Positions 47,703-57,501 of a DNA stretch of 64,000 nucleotides are shown here, one piece after another. This stretch comes from Planctomycetota bacterium (GTDB lineage: Bacteria > Planctomycetota > JAJSAM01 > JAJVHW01): contig JAJRPF010000008.1 in assembly GCA_024280885.1 (NCBI GenBank), positions 11,707-75,706 on the forward strand, written 5' to 3'. Position 1 is the first letter of the stretch; each line of letters begins with the position of its first letter. The notes below the pieces were generated by a model. It did no database searches, was not told the origin of the DNA, and was given only the letters and a program-made list of their open reading frames with translations. The translations under genes and the position numbers were made by a program.

Positions 47703-48185
47703 CTAGTCCGAGACGCTCAGGTGCAGGATGAACCGGCCCTTCGGTCCTTCGAAGGCGAGCTCATCCCACGCGCACGCGTAGAAGGAGCTCTCAGTCCTCA
47801 CGTGCACGATCCAGACGCTCGTGGCGCACGTGGCGGCTGCAATGCGTTCCAACAACCGGTCGATGATGCGCTCGCGCCCGCGGTCATTGCTGACCTCGAA
47901 GTCCGAGTTCGTGTCGTCCAGTCTGGGCCCGTGCGGGTCCTGGAACTCGAACAGCCAGCGTTCGAACATGGACTTTGCCGCTCGCCCCGCGTCATCTACC
48001 GGTTCGACCGTTACGCGCGCGGCCTTGTCGCGGACCCAGAGCTTGATTGCATCGACGATTGAGCCGTCCGGTGAAAGTCGGTCGATCTCGAACGTGTACC
48101 CGTGGTTCGTCTTGCCGTTCAGATCCGCGAACGCCTCCAGGTATCCGCGCAACTCGCCGAACCTCACGTCTGCGTCTGATGTCAT
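47703..48185 (-). CDS. hypothetical protein
   Basis: 160 aa, acidic, no domain recognised. Confidence 0.5.
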   Translation of the reverse strand: MTSDADVRFGELRGYLEAFADLNGKTNHGYTFEIDRLSPDGSIVDAIKLWVRDKAARVTVEPVDDAGRAAKSMFERWLFEFQDPHGPRLDDTNSDFEVSNDRGRERIIDRLLERIAAATCATSVWIVHVRTESSFYACAWDELAFEGPKGRFILHLSVSD

Positions 48186-48453
48186 CGGGCTCCTCGTTGG
48201 TCGTGGCTCCGGTCCATCACATCGCGCGGGGCTCGATTCGGCAATTCGAGCGCTCTACTCTCGACCAGGCCTGTCGGCGAGTCAACCGCCTCGTCGCGGT
48301 TCGTCAATCGCGTCGAAGTGGCACCACCAATACGCGGCAGCCCGTCGTGAATGTCACCGCGACCGTGTGCGAGCCGTCTGCCGTCACGACGCACCAGCGC
48401 TCGACGCGACCGAGGCTCACGAACGGCTGGATGCTGACGCGCAGATCGCGGAG

Positions 48454-50412
48454 TCAGTAGTACTGATAGTGCGGGCTGGTGAGGAGGGCTAGGGCGGCGG
48501 TGCGCCAGGTGGAGCCGGGGTCGGCCAGGATTGTGAGGAAGGCGGAGAGTTCGTCGGGGGTGGGGTCGCGGCCGAGGAAGCGGCGGAAGACTTCGGTGAC
48601 CTGGGCGCCGGTGACGGAGCCGGAGTCGCTGGTTTGGCCGGAGGCGGCGGCGTCGGCGGTGCGGAGGGGGAGGACGGCGCCGGAGTCGAGCATCACCTTG
48701 GCGAGGACGCCGCGGAGGGGGGCCGGGTCGGTGAGGGCCTGGAGCGCGTTGCGCATGTTGCGGAACTCCTGGAGCGCCGGGGCGCGGCCGAGGAGGTCGA
48801 CGAAGAGGCCGCGGATGAACTGGTGGTCGTCCTTTGCGCGGGCGGGGCGGTCGGGGCTGGTGTAGCGCTCCGAGGTGAGCCATTCGCGTATGAGGGGCTT
48901 GAGTTCGCCGGCGTCGAGGGCGAGGCGACCGGCGGCGCGCGCGTGCTCTTCGTCGGGAAGGGCCTGGCCGAGGTAGCGGACTTCCATGCGCCGCGTGAAC
49001 TGGTCGACGTAGTCGGGCTGGGAGAGGGCGATCTTGACGACGTCGCTCTGGTTCTTGCCGAGGGTCTTGAAGATGCGCGTCTTCTCGCCGTCGTACATGC
49101 GCTTGGCTTCCTTGAGCAGCTTGAGTTCGCTCTGGACCTCGATGCCGAGGAACTGCTCGAGGATGACGGTGACGTACGTGTCGTTGCCGGGGTTGCGCGA
49201 GTTGAATTCGGCGGAGAGGGCGAAGTCGCGGTGCGCGTCGAAGAACGTGGCGTCACCATCGCGCATCTTCCGCGGCACCTCGGCGAGTCGATCGCTGACG
49301 GGGCGAAAGCGGTCGATCAGGAGGAAGAAGAACGCCTCTTCGTTGAACCAATGCTCCCAGGCTTCGAGTGAGCCGAGGAGTTGATCGACGCGCGCCGGAA
49401 AGGGCTTCGCCGCGATGCGTGCGAGTTCCTCGTCGGTGGGGCTGCGTCCGAGGACGTCGAAGTAGAGGGCGCGGGTGAGACGGCGATCGGCGCTGGGGAT
49501 GCGTTCGACGCGCGCGACGGTGTCGCCGTCGCCTTCCGTGCGTTCGGTCGGACGCACAGCGGCGAAGCGCACGAGCACGGGCCATCCGGAGAGTTTCGCG
49601 TCGCGCGGTCGGCAGCGCAGCAGCCACGGCCCGTCGCGATCGGGCGCGAGTGTCGTCTTCGCGCCGTGCTTCGTGGAGAGGCGCGCCTCCGCCCCGAGCG
49701 GCGCCTCGACGATCTCCCACTCGATACTGACGTCGTCTCCGTCGGGGTCGAATGAGAGCGACGCGTCGAATGTGATCTCGGTCCCACGTGTGACGTTCTG
49801 CTGCCAGGGCGCGAGTACCGCGACGGGCGGCTTCTGTCTCTTCGTCGCGCCGAATACCCACTGAACGAGCGGACCCTTCGGATCGAGGAGCGCTGCGTCG
49901 AAGTCGCTGCCGTCGGCCTTCCCTCCGTCGTGGTCGATGCCGCCGTTCGCGAGGGGGACGAGCTTGAGCAGGAGCAGGCTGCGTTCGGGGGCGGGCGCGT
50001 GGACGAGGCCGGTGACGTTCTCGTAGTTGGCCTGAACGATCGCCTCGTCCCACGTGCCGTCGACTTCGGGTGGGAGGAGGCGGTGCTTCGAACGATTGTC
50101 GGGATCGCCCGCGTCGTGGCAACCGATGCACTCGCGTTCGAGGATCGGCAGGACCTCGTCGCGGAAGAGCTGCGGATCGTGGACGACGTCACGACGCATC
50201 GCGCCGCCGTTCATGGGGTCGGGCGACATCGGGTCGGGCGACATCTTGTCCTGCGCGAAGAGGACAGTCGGGATCAGCACGGCCAGAGTGACGGCCGAGC
50301 TTGTGGCGAGGAGGATGCGCAATGAGATCACGGTCACGATCCTACCGCCGCGCGGTGAGTGTGCGACGCCTCGCTTGTGCGCCAGCCTCGGGAGACCGCG
50401 TGCGCTGGCCAC
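48454..50412 (-). CDS. PSCyt1 (planctomycete-type cytochrome c) + DUF1549 + DUF1553 protein
   Basis: LPILERECIGCHDAGDPDNRSKHRLL haem-binding CxxCH, DUF1549-like RRLTRALYFDVLGRSPTDEELARI. True start may be the internal GTG near 50326, which has GGTAGGA upstream and begins a signal peptide ISLRILLATSSAVTLAVLIPTVLFAQD. Confidence 0.75.
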   Translation of the reverse strand: MASARGLPRLAHKRGVAHSPRGGRIVTVISLRILLATSSAVTLAVLIPTVLFAQDKMSPDPMSPDPMNGGAMRRDVVHDPQLFRDEVLPILERECIGCHDAGDPDNRSKHRLLPPEVDGTWDEAIVQANYENVTGLVHAPAPERSLLLLKLVPLANGGIDHDGGKADGSDFDAALLDPKGPLVQWVFGATKRQKPPVAVLAPWQQNVTRGTEITFDASLSFDPDGDDVSIEWEIVEAPLGAEARLSTKHGAKTTLAPDRDGPWLLRCRPRDAKLSGWPVLVRFAAVRPTERTEGDGDTVARVERIPSADRRLTRALYFDVLGRSPTDEELARIAAKPFPARVDQLLGSLEAWEHWFNEEAFFFLLIDRFRPVSDRLAEVPRKMRDGDATFFDAHRDFALSAEFNSRNPGNDTYVTVILEQFLGIEVQSELKLLKEAKRMYDGEKTRIFKTLGKNQSDVVKIALSQPDYVDQFTRRMEVRYLGQALPDEEHARAAGRLALDAGELKPLIREWLTSERYTSPDRPARAKDDHQFIRGLFVDLLGRAPALQEFRNMRNALQALTDPAPLRGVLAKVMLDSGAVLPLRTADAAASGQTSDSGSVTGAQVTEVFRRFLGRDPTPDELSAFLTILADPGSTWRTAALALLTSPHYQYY

Positions 50413-50475
50413 GAATGGGAAGAGGCGGGAGGTCCACCTGGAACCTCCCGCCTCGAGAAATGCTGACGAGGTCAG

Positions 50476-51012
50476 CTACTTCTTCTTGCGTGCAGTCTTC
50501 TTCGCAGCCTTCTTCTTCGCAGGCTTGCGTGTCGCCTTCTTAGCAGCCTTCTTCTTGGCAGGCTTGCGCGTTGCCTTCTTGGCTGCCTTCTTCTTGGCGG
50601 GCTTGCGCGTCGCCTTCTTAGCAGCCTTCTTCTTGGCAGGCTTACGCGTTGCCTTCTTGGCTGCCTTCTTCTTCTTGGCGGGCTTACGCGTCGCCTTCTT
50701 AGCGGCCTTCTTCTTGGCAGGCTTGCGCGTTGCCTTCTTGGCTGCCTTCTTCTTGGCGGGCTTGCGCGTCGCCTTCTTAGCAGCCTTCTTCTTGGCAGGC
50801 TTGCGCGTTGCCTTCTTGGCTGCCTTCTTCTTCTTGGCGGGCTTACGCGTCGCCTTCTTAGCAGCCTTCTTCTTGGCAGGCTTGCGCGTTGCCTTCTTGG
50901 CTGCTTTCTTCTTCTTGGCGGGCTTGCGCGTCGCCTTCTTCGCAGCCTTCTTCTTAGCCGGCTTGCGGGTCGCCTTCTTGGCGGCCTTCTTTGCTGCCTT
51001 CTTCGCGGCCAT
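50476..51012 (-). CDS. histone H1-like / AlgP-like Lys-Ala tandem-repeat DNA-binding protein
   Basis: About 12 tandem KKATRKPAKKK(K)AA units with 39/42-bp DNA periodicity. AGGAGG 6 nt upstream of the ATG. Confidence 0.8.
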   Translation of the reverse strand: MAAKKAAKKAAKKATRKPAKKKAAKKATRKPAKKKKAAKKATRKPAKKKAAKKATRKPAKKKKAAKKATRKPAKKKAAKKATRKPAKKKAAKKATRKPAKKKAAKKATRKPAKKKKAAKKATRKPAKKKAAKKATRKPAKKKAAKKATRKPAKKKAAKKATRKPAKKKAAKKTARKKK

Positions 51013-51125
51013 CTGAAAACCCTCCTGATGGTCGTAATGAAAATGGCGGCACGGCCGCGTGCCGCTCGTTCACTCAGTTCATCGACCGAGCTGACGGCTT
51101 ACTTCGGCAGGGACGCACCGAAACT

Positions 51126-51458
51126 TCAACCCGTCTTCACGTCGATCGTGTTTGCGGAACACGCCGCAGTGATCCATGCGGCGTAGGCTGGGTGCACCGA
51201 TGACGTGTCGAGCGCCACGATCTCTGGCACGTCGTAGGGGTGGAGTTCGGCGACCCGTTGCATGAGCTGCGACAGCGCTTGCGTACTGGTCTTGATGACC
51301 AACAATGACTCGCGGTCGCGGTGTACTTCACCTTGCCATCGGTAGACGGACGTGATGCCGGGGAGGATGTTCACACACGCGGCCACGCGCTCTTCGATCA
51401 GCTTGGAAGCCAGCGTTTCCGCGGCCTCCGGAGTGATCGTGGTCAGAACGACGTGCAT
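51126..51458 (-). CDS. cutA: divalent-cation tolerance protein CutA
   Basis: MHVVLTTITPEAAETLASKLIEERVAACVNILPGITSVYRWQG. AAGGAG upstream of the internal ATG. Confidence 0.8.
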   Translation of the reverse strand: MHVVLTTITPEAAETLASKLIEERVAACVNILPGITSVYRWQGEVHRDRESLLVIKTSTQALSQLMQRVAELHPYDVPEIVALDTSSVHPAYAAWITAACSANTIDVKTG

Positions 51459-51540
51459 GGCGTTCTCCTTCACGTCCTGCGACTCTCATCGCTGAGCCGA
51501 CAGGTTAGCGCATCGCGGGTACGCGCTGCTCACTCCGTTG

Positions 51541-52296
51541 TTACATGGTCGGCATGCGCGCGAGAAATGCGCGCAGTCGGTCGCTCGTCGGCGTGCGCAG
51601 AAGTGGCTGCGTCGCGCCCTCTGCAATGATGCGTCCGTGCTCCATGAAAACGGTGCGCGACGACACGTCGGCAGCGAATGAGATTTCGTGTGTGACGATC
51701 ACCATTGTCGTTCCGTCGGCTGCGATTTCGCGGATGACGCCGAGAACTTCGCCCACCGTTTCGGGGTCCAATGCACTCGTTGGTTCGTCGAAGAGAAGCG
51801 CGTCTGGGCGCATCGCAAGAGCGCGCGCAATCGCCACGCGTTGCTGCTGTCCACCGGAGAGTTCGCCGGGTCGCGCGGACGCCTTGTCGGCGAGTCCGAC
51901 GCGGTCGAGTAGCTCACGCGCGTGACGCGTTGCAGTCGCGCGGTCTTCGGTGCAAACGACTGTCGGTGCGAGCGTCAGGTTGTCGAGTACGGAGATGTGC
52001 GGGAAGAGGTGGAACGCCTGGAACACCATGCCGACGCGGCGGCGCAGTGCGTCGATGTCGGGCGCGCCGACGCGCAGCGGAGCACCGCCCACGCGCACCG
52101 AACCCGCGTCCGGAACCTCGAGACCGTTCAAGCAACGCAACAACGTCGACTTGCCGCCGCCCGAAGGGCCGATGACGGTGATGACCTCACCCTTGTGCAC
52201 GGTGAGGTCCACGCCGTCGAGAGCGACGACGTCGCCCCAACGCTTCGCGAGCCCGCGCGCTTGCAGGATTACGTCGTTCTGCGTGGAGACGCTCAC
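51541..52296 (-). CDS. polar amino-acid ABC transporter ATP-binding protein (GlnQ/HisP-like)
   Basis: GTG start overlapping the permease stop (GTGA). GPSGGGKST, LSGGQQQRVAIARAL, LLFDEPTSALD. The 223 N-terminal codons of the track ORF are Arg-rich antisense junk. Confidence 0.85.
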   Translation of the reverse strand: MSVSTQNDVILQARGLAKRWGDVVALDGVDLTVHKGEVITVIGPSGGGKSTLLRCLNGLEVPDAGSVRVGGAPLRVGAPDIDALRRRVGMVFQAFHLFPHISVLDNLTLAPTVVCTEDRATATRHARELLDRVGLADKASARPGELSGGQQQRVAIARALAMRPDALLFDEPTSALDPETVGEVLGVIREIAADGTTMVIVTHEISFAADVSSRTVFMEHGRIIAEGATQPLLRTPTSDRLRAFLARMPTM

Positions 52297-53075
52297 AGTC
52301 GCGCCACCGGCAACGCCTCCTCGCCCGCGAGGCGGCGCTCCATGCGGCGTGTGAGGAGCGTGAGCGGCAGCGTCACGACGAGATAGAGCGCTGCGAGGCA
52401 GATGAACGCCGCCCACGTCTCGTACTCCCGCGCTTGCAGGTTCTTCGCGTGATACGTGATCTCCGCGACGCCGATGATCGAGAGCAACGAGCTCTCCTTG
52501 ACGATCGAGACGGCTTCGCCCGTCAACGGAGGGAGCAGTCGCCGCGCGCACTGCGGGAGCACGACGTGGCGCAACGCCTGCGCGTGACTGAGGCCGAGCG
52601 AGCGCGCCGCCTCCCACTGCCCGCGGTCGATCGATTCGATGGCGCCGCGCACGACTTCCGCGATGTACGCCCCGCCGAAGACGCCGAGACCGATCGCGCC
52701 GACGATTGCGGCTTCGCGCGGGCCGAAGAGACCGTGAAGTTGCAGCGCCTGCGCGATGCACCAGTACCAGAGGTAGAGCTGCACGAGAAACGGTGTGCCG
52801 CGCACGACCTCGACGTATGTGCGTCCGATCTGATCGAGCGCGACGGAACGCGACACCCGGAAGAGCGCTGCGATTACGCCGAGAATGAGGCCGATCCCCA
52901 CAGCACCGGACGAGATGACGACTGTCAGGCCGAGGCCGGTGAGGAAGAGATCGCGGCGCTCCCACGCGAGCGCCCAGCGGATCTCTCCCGGTGCGAGGGA
53001 GATGACGATCGCGAGCGCAGCGATGATCGCCATGACGACAGCGCCGCGGACGAGTCGCTCTCTCTGGGCGGTCAC
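52293..53075 (-). CDS. polar amino-acid ABC transporter permease
   Basis: EAARSLGLSHAQALRHVVLPQ EAA-loop motif. GTG start 4 nt after the SBP stop, with AGGAG upstream. Confidence 0.8.
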   Translation of the reverse strand: MTAQRERLVRGAVVMAIIAALAIVISLAPGEIRWALAWERRDLFLTGLGLTVVISSGAVGIGLILGVIAALFRVSRSVALDQIGRTYVEVVRGTPFLVQLYLWYWCIAQALQLHGLFGPREAAIVGAIGLGVFGGAYIAEVVRGAIESIDRGQWEAARSLGLSHAQALRHVVLPQCARRLLPPLTGEAVSIVKESSLLSIIGVAEITYHAKNLQAREYETWAAFICLAALYLVVTLPLTLLTRRMERRLAGEEALPVARL

Positions 53076-53079
53076 GCGC

Positions 53080-53901
53080 TCACTCCTCGGTCGCGCGGAA
53101 GCGCTCCGCATCGCCAAGCCACTTCGCGAGCAGCTCGTCGACCTTGCCGCCCGGTCGGGTTTCGGCGGCGAGGAACGCGTCGAGTGCGGGCGCAAGTTCT
53201 GAGCCCAGCGGCAATGCGACTGCGTAGAGCTCGATCCCGAGTTCCGTGTCGATGATGCGCGTCGTCTCGGGATGCTGCGCGTGCAGGTTCACGATCGAGA
53301 CCATGTCGTAGACGAGCGCGTGCGCGCGTCCGGCAGCGACCTCGGCGGCGGCGTCCACTTCACGGTCGTAGACGCGGATCTGCGCGTTCGGAAATCGTGT
53401 CTCCGCCTTCTCTTCTCCCGTCGTCTTGCGCTGCACCGCGATCACAACGTCATCGCCCTCGAGTGCCTCGAGGCCCGCAGCGTCCGCCACGCGCTGCGTC
53501 GAGACGAGCACACCCGTCGCCACGCGGGCGTAGGGACGCGAGAAGAGCACCACGTGCGCGCGCTCCTTCGTCCGGCTCATCCCGGAGGCGATGGCGTCGA
53601 TGCGCCCCGCCTGCAGGTCCGGGATCAATGCCGAGAAGTCCCGGCTACTGAAGGTGACCTCGCGGTTGATGTGCGCGCCGAACGCCCGCATGAGGTCGAT
53701 GTCGAAGCCCTCGAGCGATCCGTCGGTTGCGACCGACTCGAAGGGCGGGAAGGCGGCCTCGGTGCCCACGACGAGCGCATCGCTTCCGGCGGACTTTGTG
53801 CAGGCGGCAAGGCAGACGAGGGCGAGCAGGAGCGTGACAATGCGGCGCATGGCCGACAGCCTAACGCGACGCCCGGTCCGAAGCCCCCGCCGAGCGAACA
53901 A
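53080..53901 (-). CDS. amino-acid ABC transporter substrate-binding lipoprotein
   Basis: Lipobox LVCLAAC. Periplasmic binding protein family 3 motifs. Start may instead be the internal ATG at 53850. Confidence 0.8.
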   Translation of the reverse strand: MFARRGLRTGRRVRLSAMRRIVTLLLALVCLAACTKSAGSDALVVGTEAAFPPFESVATDGSLEGFDIDLMRAFGAHINREVTFSSRDFSALIPDLQAGRIDAIASGMSRTKERAHVVLFSRPYARVATGVLVSTQRVADAAGLEALEGDDVVIAVQRKTTGEEKAETRFPNAQIRVYDREVDAAAEVAAGRAHALVYDMVSIVNLHAQHPETTRIIDTELGIELYAVALPLGSELAPALDAFLAAETRPGGKVDELLAKWLGDAERFRATEE

Positions 53902-54194
53902 CAGAGGCCGTGGCGTGCCCGAAATCGCGTGCCTGGCTCAATGTTCTCGGCGCGATACCGGGTCTCACCCTCGTCAGCCCGGATCGCCGCGCTGAAGAAT
54001 CTGAGCCTGGCACGACGTTTCGGGCAGCGAAGAGCGTGCTCCAACTGCCGCTCTTCCGGACGGTCTCCTGCACGGAGCCCCCGGCCCGCGACTCCCGGAG
54101 CCGCCCCCTACAGTCGCCCCCTCGGCAGTGCCGATCCTCTAATGCGCACGGAACGGCCGGGCCGTCCCTCGGTGCCGAGCGCAGGAGAAGACTG

Positions 54195-54455
54195 ATGAAG
54201 AAGATGCTGATCGCCCTCGCCGTCGTCGCCCTGTTCTCGACGACCGGTTGCTACACGTCGCGCCGGGTGGCCGGCGATGACCTCGTCGGTGGCCCGACGA
54301 ATGCCTATCTGTGGGTCACTGTGCCTGCCGATATCCTGATGTCGCCCTACCAGATCCCGAAGTGGATGATGGACGAGGACGACACGTGGAATCCGTGGGA
54401 CTTCGATGAGATCCGCGACGAGTACGACTACGAGGCCAGCTACGCTGACATGTAG
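54195..54455 (+). CDS. small acidic lipoprotein
   Basis: AGGAGAAG SD. MKKMLIALAVVALFSTTGCYTS. Asp/Glu/Trp-rich tail. Confidence 0.5.
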   Translation: MKKMLIALAVVALFSTTGCYTSRRVAGDDLVGGPTNAYLWVTVPADILMSPYQIPKWMMDEDDTWNPWDFDEIRDEYDYEASYADM

Positions 54456-54771
54456 TCGCCAAGCGACTCGTTCTGGCCGGTCCCATGGAGTGCGTTCCGT
54501 GCGACCGGCTTTTTCGACATCTGCACGGGATCCGCACGGATCTCGAAAGCGCCACTTTGTCGGCGCGCCTCTTACTCCCTAAGTCCTTTGAAGACAAAGG
54601 CATAACGCTTTATCGGCGTACGGTCGGCACAAGGTCATTTAGCCCTTCCCGCTGAGTTTTCTGGCGGTAGTCGGTGTCTCGACGTACGCTCCGCGACTTT
54701 ATGGCCGAAAGGCGGACGAAAGTCCTCCCCGACGCCAACCGGAGACGGGGCGGCGGAGCCTCTCTCAAGCG

Positions 54772-54996
54772 ATGTGTCAGCCTTCAATGAAGACACCCGA
54801 CGATCGGGCGGGAGCAACGTGGCTTCGCTACACTCATCTGGGCGTTCAGTACTGCCTGACCTTGCTACTCTTCGTATTCGCGGGGTGGTGGGCAGATCAG
54901 AGACTGGGGTGCGAACCCTGGCTGACGATCGTGGGTGCACTGCTGGGGTTCGGCGTGGCGACGTATCTGATCGTCCGGCAGGCCCAGCGGATCTGA
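54772..54996 (+). CDS. atpZ: AtpZ/ATPase_gene1-like small membrane protein at the head of the atp operon
   Basis: LGVQYCLTLLLFVFAGWWADQRLGCEPWLTIVGALLGFGVATYLI matches the putative F0F1-ATPase subunit family. Start may be the second ATG at 54787. Confidence 0.5.
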   Translation: MCQPSMKTPDDRAGATWLRYTHLGVQYCLTLLLFVFAGWWADQRLGCEPWLTIVGALLGFGVATYLIVRQAQRI

Positions 54997-55028
54997 AGCC
55001 GACCGCGCTGGCGCCGGCTGCGAAGGGC

Positions 55029-55553
55029 TTGGCCGCCGAGAGCCTGGCCGCCAACGAGAGTGTTGCCGCCAAGCGTGTCGTTGCCGCACCCGAGATCAGC
55101 GGCGCTACGAAGGTCGCCGGTGGCCTCGGCCTCGCCGCGATCTTCGGGACAGTCCTCTGGGGGCTGGTCGCGCTCTTGGGCTTCAACGCCGTGACGATGT
55201 CCGGGGTCTACACCGGTACGTTCTTCGGCCTCATCTCGCTCGTTGTCGAGATGGCCGTGATCGGGCGTTCGCTGCGGACGTTCGAGGACGACGGAATGAA
55301 GGCGACGTTGCGCGCTTTCATCCTTCGCCTGGTCCTCGTCGGGAGCATCGGGACCTGGTTCGCTCGCGCTGACAGCGGCACGAGCGCTGCCGCGTACTGC
55401 CTCACGTACTGCGCGACGTTCTTCGTCTACATGTGCTGGCTCACGTGGCGGACGTACCATCAGCCCGTGCAGTATCAGGGGCAGCGTGAGCGCGCTCGGC
55501 GCGAGTCGCACGAGGCGCCTGCGCGCCTCGAGACTGTCGGAGGCGCAGCCTGA
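55029..55553 (+). CDS. atpI: AtpI-like membrane protein (start uncertain)
   Basis: Four hydrophobic helices. Ends with TGATG overlap at the atpB start. Codon usage is coding-like. No ATG; TTG at 55029 is one candidate start. Confidence 0.4.
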   Translation: MAAESLAANESVAAKRVVAAPEISGATKVAGGLGLAAIFGTVLWGLVALLGFNAVTMSGVYTGTFFGLISLVVEMAVIGRSLRTFEDDGMKATLRAFILRLVLVGSIGTWFARADSGTSAAAYCLTYCATFFVYMCWLTWRTYHQPVQYQGQRERARRESHEAPARLETVGGAA

Positions 55554-56380
55554 TGCTGACTCTTCTCGCCGCTGACAGTCCCTACGAGCACACGTGGAAC
55601 TCGTGGACGCTCCACTTCTACAACTGGGACATCGACCTGCGTGCTGTGCCGGGTTTTCACGACCTAGGCGTCTCGAAGTTCGTGCTCATGATGCTCAGCG
55701 CAGCCGTCGCGTTGCTGGTGCTGGGGATGTGGGCCGGTGCTGAGGCGCGCCGGGCGCACGCCGAGGGCCGCATCCCGCGCGGCCCGGCGCATGTCGTCGA
55801 GGTCTTCGTTCAGTACATCCGCGACGACATGATGGCGCCGAATATGCCGCACCATCACAGGAAGCCGTTCCTGATCGCGGTGTTCTGCACCAACTTCTTC
55901 TTCATCCTCTTCTGCAATCTGATCGGTCTTCTCCCGCAGCCCTTCGGCGCCACGGCGACGGGCTCGCCGTGGGTCACCGGCGCGCTCGCTTTCGGCGGCA
56001 CGCTGATGCTCATCTTCGGTGCAGGTATCTACGAGCACGGCGTTCTCGGCTACGTGGCGCACCTTGCGCCGCCGTCGCCGTTTCCTGTGCGCTGGTTCGT
56101 GCTCTTGCCCATCGAGTTCATCGGGCAATTCGTGAAGCCCTTCGCGTTGATGATCCGCCTCGCGGCCAACATGACCGCTGGCCACATCATCCTCGCCGTA
56201 CTCGGCGGCTTCCTGACCCTGTCGATGGGTTGGGGCACCGCGGTCATGGTGAAGGGCGCGAGCGCCTTTGGCTTCTTCGCGATCACGGGCTTCGAGATCG
56301 CGATCGCCTTCATCCAGGCCTACATCTTCACAACGTTGAGCATCGTGTTCGTGGGGGCTTCGCTCTCCCACGAGCACTAG
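55553..56380 (+). CDS. atpB: ATP synthase F0 subunit a
   Basis: LMIRLAANMTAGH with the conserved Arg. GGAGG SD. Confidence 0.9.
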   Translation: MLTLLAADSPYEHTWNSWTLHFYNWDIDLRAVPGFHDLGVSKFVLMMLSAAVALLVLGMWAGAEARRAHAEGRIPRGPAHVVEVFVQYIRDDMMAPNMPHHHRKPFLIAVFCTNFFFILFCNLIGLLPQPFGATATGSPWVTGALAFGGTLMLIFGAGIYEHGVLGYVAHLAPPSPFPVRWFVLLPIEFIGQFVKPFALMIRLAANMTAGHIILAVLGGFLTLSMGWGTAVMVKGASAFGFFAITGFEIAIAFIQAYIFTTLSIVFVGASLSHEH

Positions 56381-56462
56381 GCCACACACAGTTAATTCAA
56401 GTTCAAAGCTTCGAGAGGTCGGGCTCGCATCAGGCGGGCCCCAACACATAAGAGGTGTTCCG

Positions 56463-56771
56463 ATGGATCCGACTCAAGCAGCAGTTGTCGCGGCAAGCAG
56501 TGGTGCAGGCATGATGGCCTGGGGTTTCGTGGGCGCGTCGATGGGTGCGGCAATTGCCGCCGTCGCCGCCGCCATGGGCATTGGCAAGATCTCTGCCGCC
56601 GCGTGTGAGTCGATCGCTCGCCAGCCTGAGGCTGCCGGCGACATCAAGGGCAACACGATCCTGACCGCCGCCTTCATCGAGGGCGTCTGCCTCTTCGCGT
56701 GCGTCATTGCACTGCTCGTCAACTTCGGTGTGGTCGACGCGATCACGTTGATGACCGGCAAGGCTGGCTAG
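56463..56771 (+). CDS. atpE: ATP synthase F0 subunit c
   Basis: ARQPEAAGDIKGNTILTAAFIEGVCLFA hairpin with the carboxylate Glu. Confidence 0.9.
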   Translation: MDPTQAAVVAASSGAGMMAWGFVGASMGAAIAAVAAAMGIGKISAAACESIARQPEAAGDIKGNTILTAAFIEGVCLFACVIALLVNFGVVDAITLMTGKAG

Positions 56772-56839
56772 TTACCGCGCCGGCTAGTCGTCGCCCTGGG
56801 CGGCTGACAAGCCAGCTGAACACCTCCGAAGCTCCGGTC

Positions 56840-56860
56840 GCCGGGACTCTGCGTCCCGGC
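56840..56860. other. 8-bp perfect hairpin (gccgggac-tctgc-gtcccggc) in the atpE-atpF spacer
   Basis: No U-tract follows. Could be an attenuator or processing site that sets atpE excess. Confidence 0.35.
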
Positions 56861-56934
56861 GGCCATCGGAGGGGGTGACCTGAGTGGATGTGCGTGGGCC
56901 GTGTGAGCCCGCGCGAATGTCGAGGAGCGAGCGG

Positions 56935-57498
56935 ATGCTGTACCTCTTGGCCGTCGAAGAAGGCGGACACGGTGGCGGACACGGGATCGACCCGATGGAA
57001 GCCGCGAACCCTGCGAACTGGCAGTCCGGCGTGTGGGCTCTGGGAATCTTCCTGGTGCTCGTGGTCGTGCTGAAGAAGTTCGCGTGGGGGCCCATCGTGG
57101 CCGGCCTGGACGCGCGCGAAGAGCGCATCAACGCGAGCCTTGAGAAGGCTGCGGAGATTGAAGAGGCAACGCGGAAGCTGGCGGAGACGAACCAGCAGCT
57201 GCTCGACGAGGCCCGGCGCGAGGCGCAGGGCATTATCGCCGAATCACGTGACGCTGCCGCCGCCGCCGCGAACGAGATCAGTGCGAAGGCGCAGGCCGAG
57301 ATCGAGGCGCAGCGCGATCGCGTGAAGCGCGAGCTCGCTCTCGAGGCCGAGAAGGTCAAGGCCGATCTGCGCGCCGGTGCCGTGGAGCTGACACTCATGG
57401 CGGCCGGGAAGCTGATCGGGAAGTCGTTGACCGCCGAGGACCAGCGGCGTCTCGCCGAAGAGGCCCTCGCCGACGCCGAGTCGGTGGCGAGAAACTAA
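56935..57498 (+). CDS. atpF: ATP synthase F0 subunit b
   Basis: GAGGAG 8 nt upstream of the ATG at 56935. TM WALGIFLVLVVVL then a long coiled coil. Alternative starts at 56884 and 56917. Confidence 0.85.
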   Translation: MLYLLAVEEGGHGGGHGIDPMEAANPANWQSGVWALGIFLVLVVVLKKFAWGPIVAGLDAREERINASLEKAAEIEEATRKLAETNQQLLDEARREAQGIIAESRDAAAAAANEISAKAQAEIEAQRDRVKRELALEAEKVKADLRAGAVELTLMAAGKLIGKSLTAEDQRRLAEEALADAESVARN

Positions 57499-57501
57499 GC
57501 C

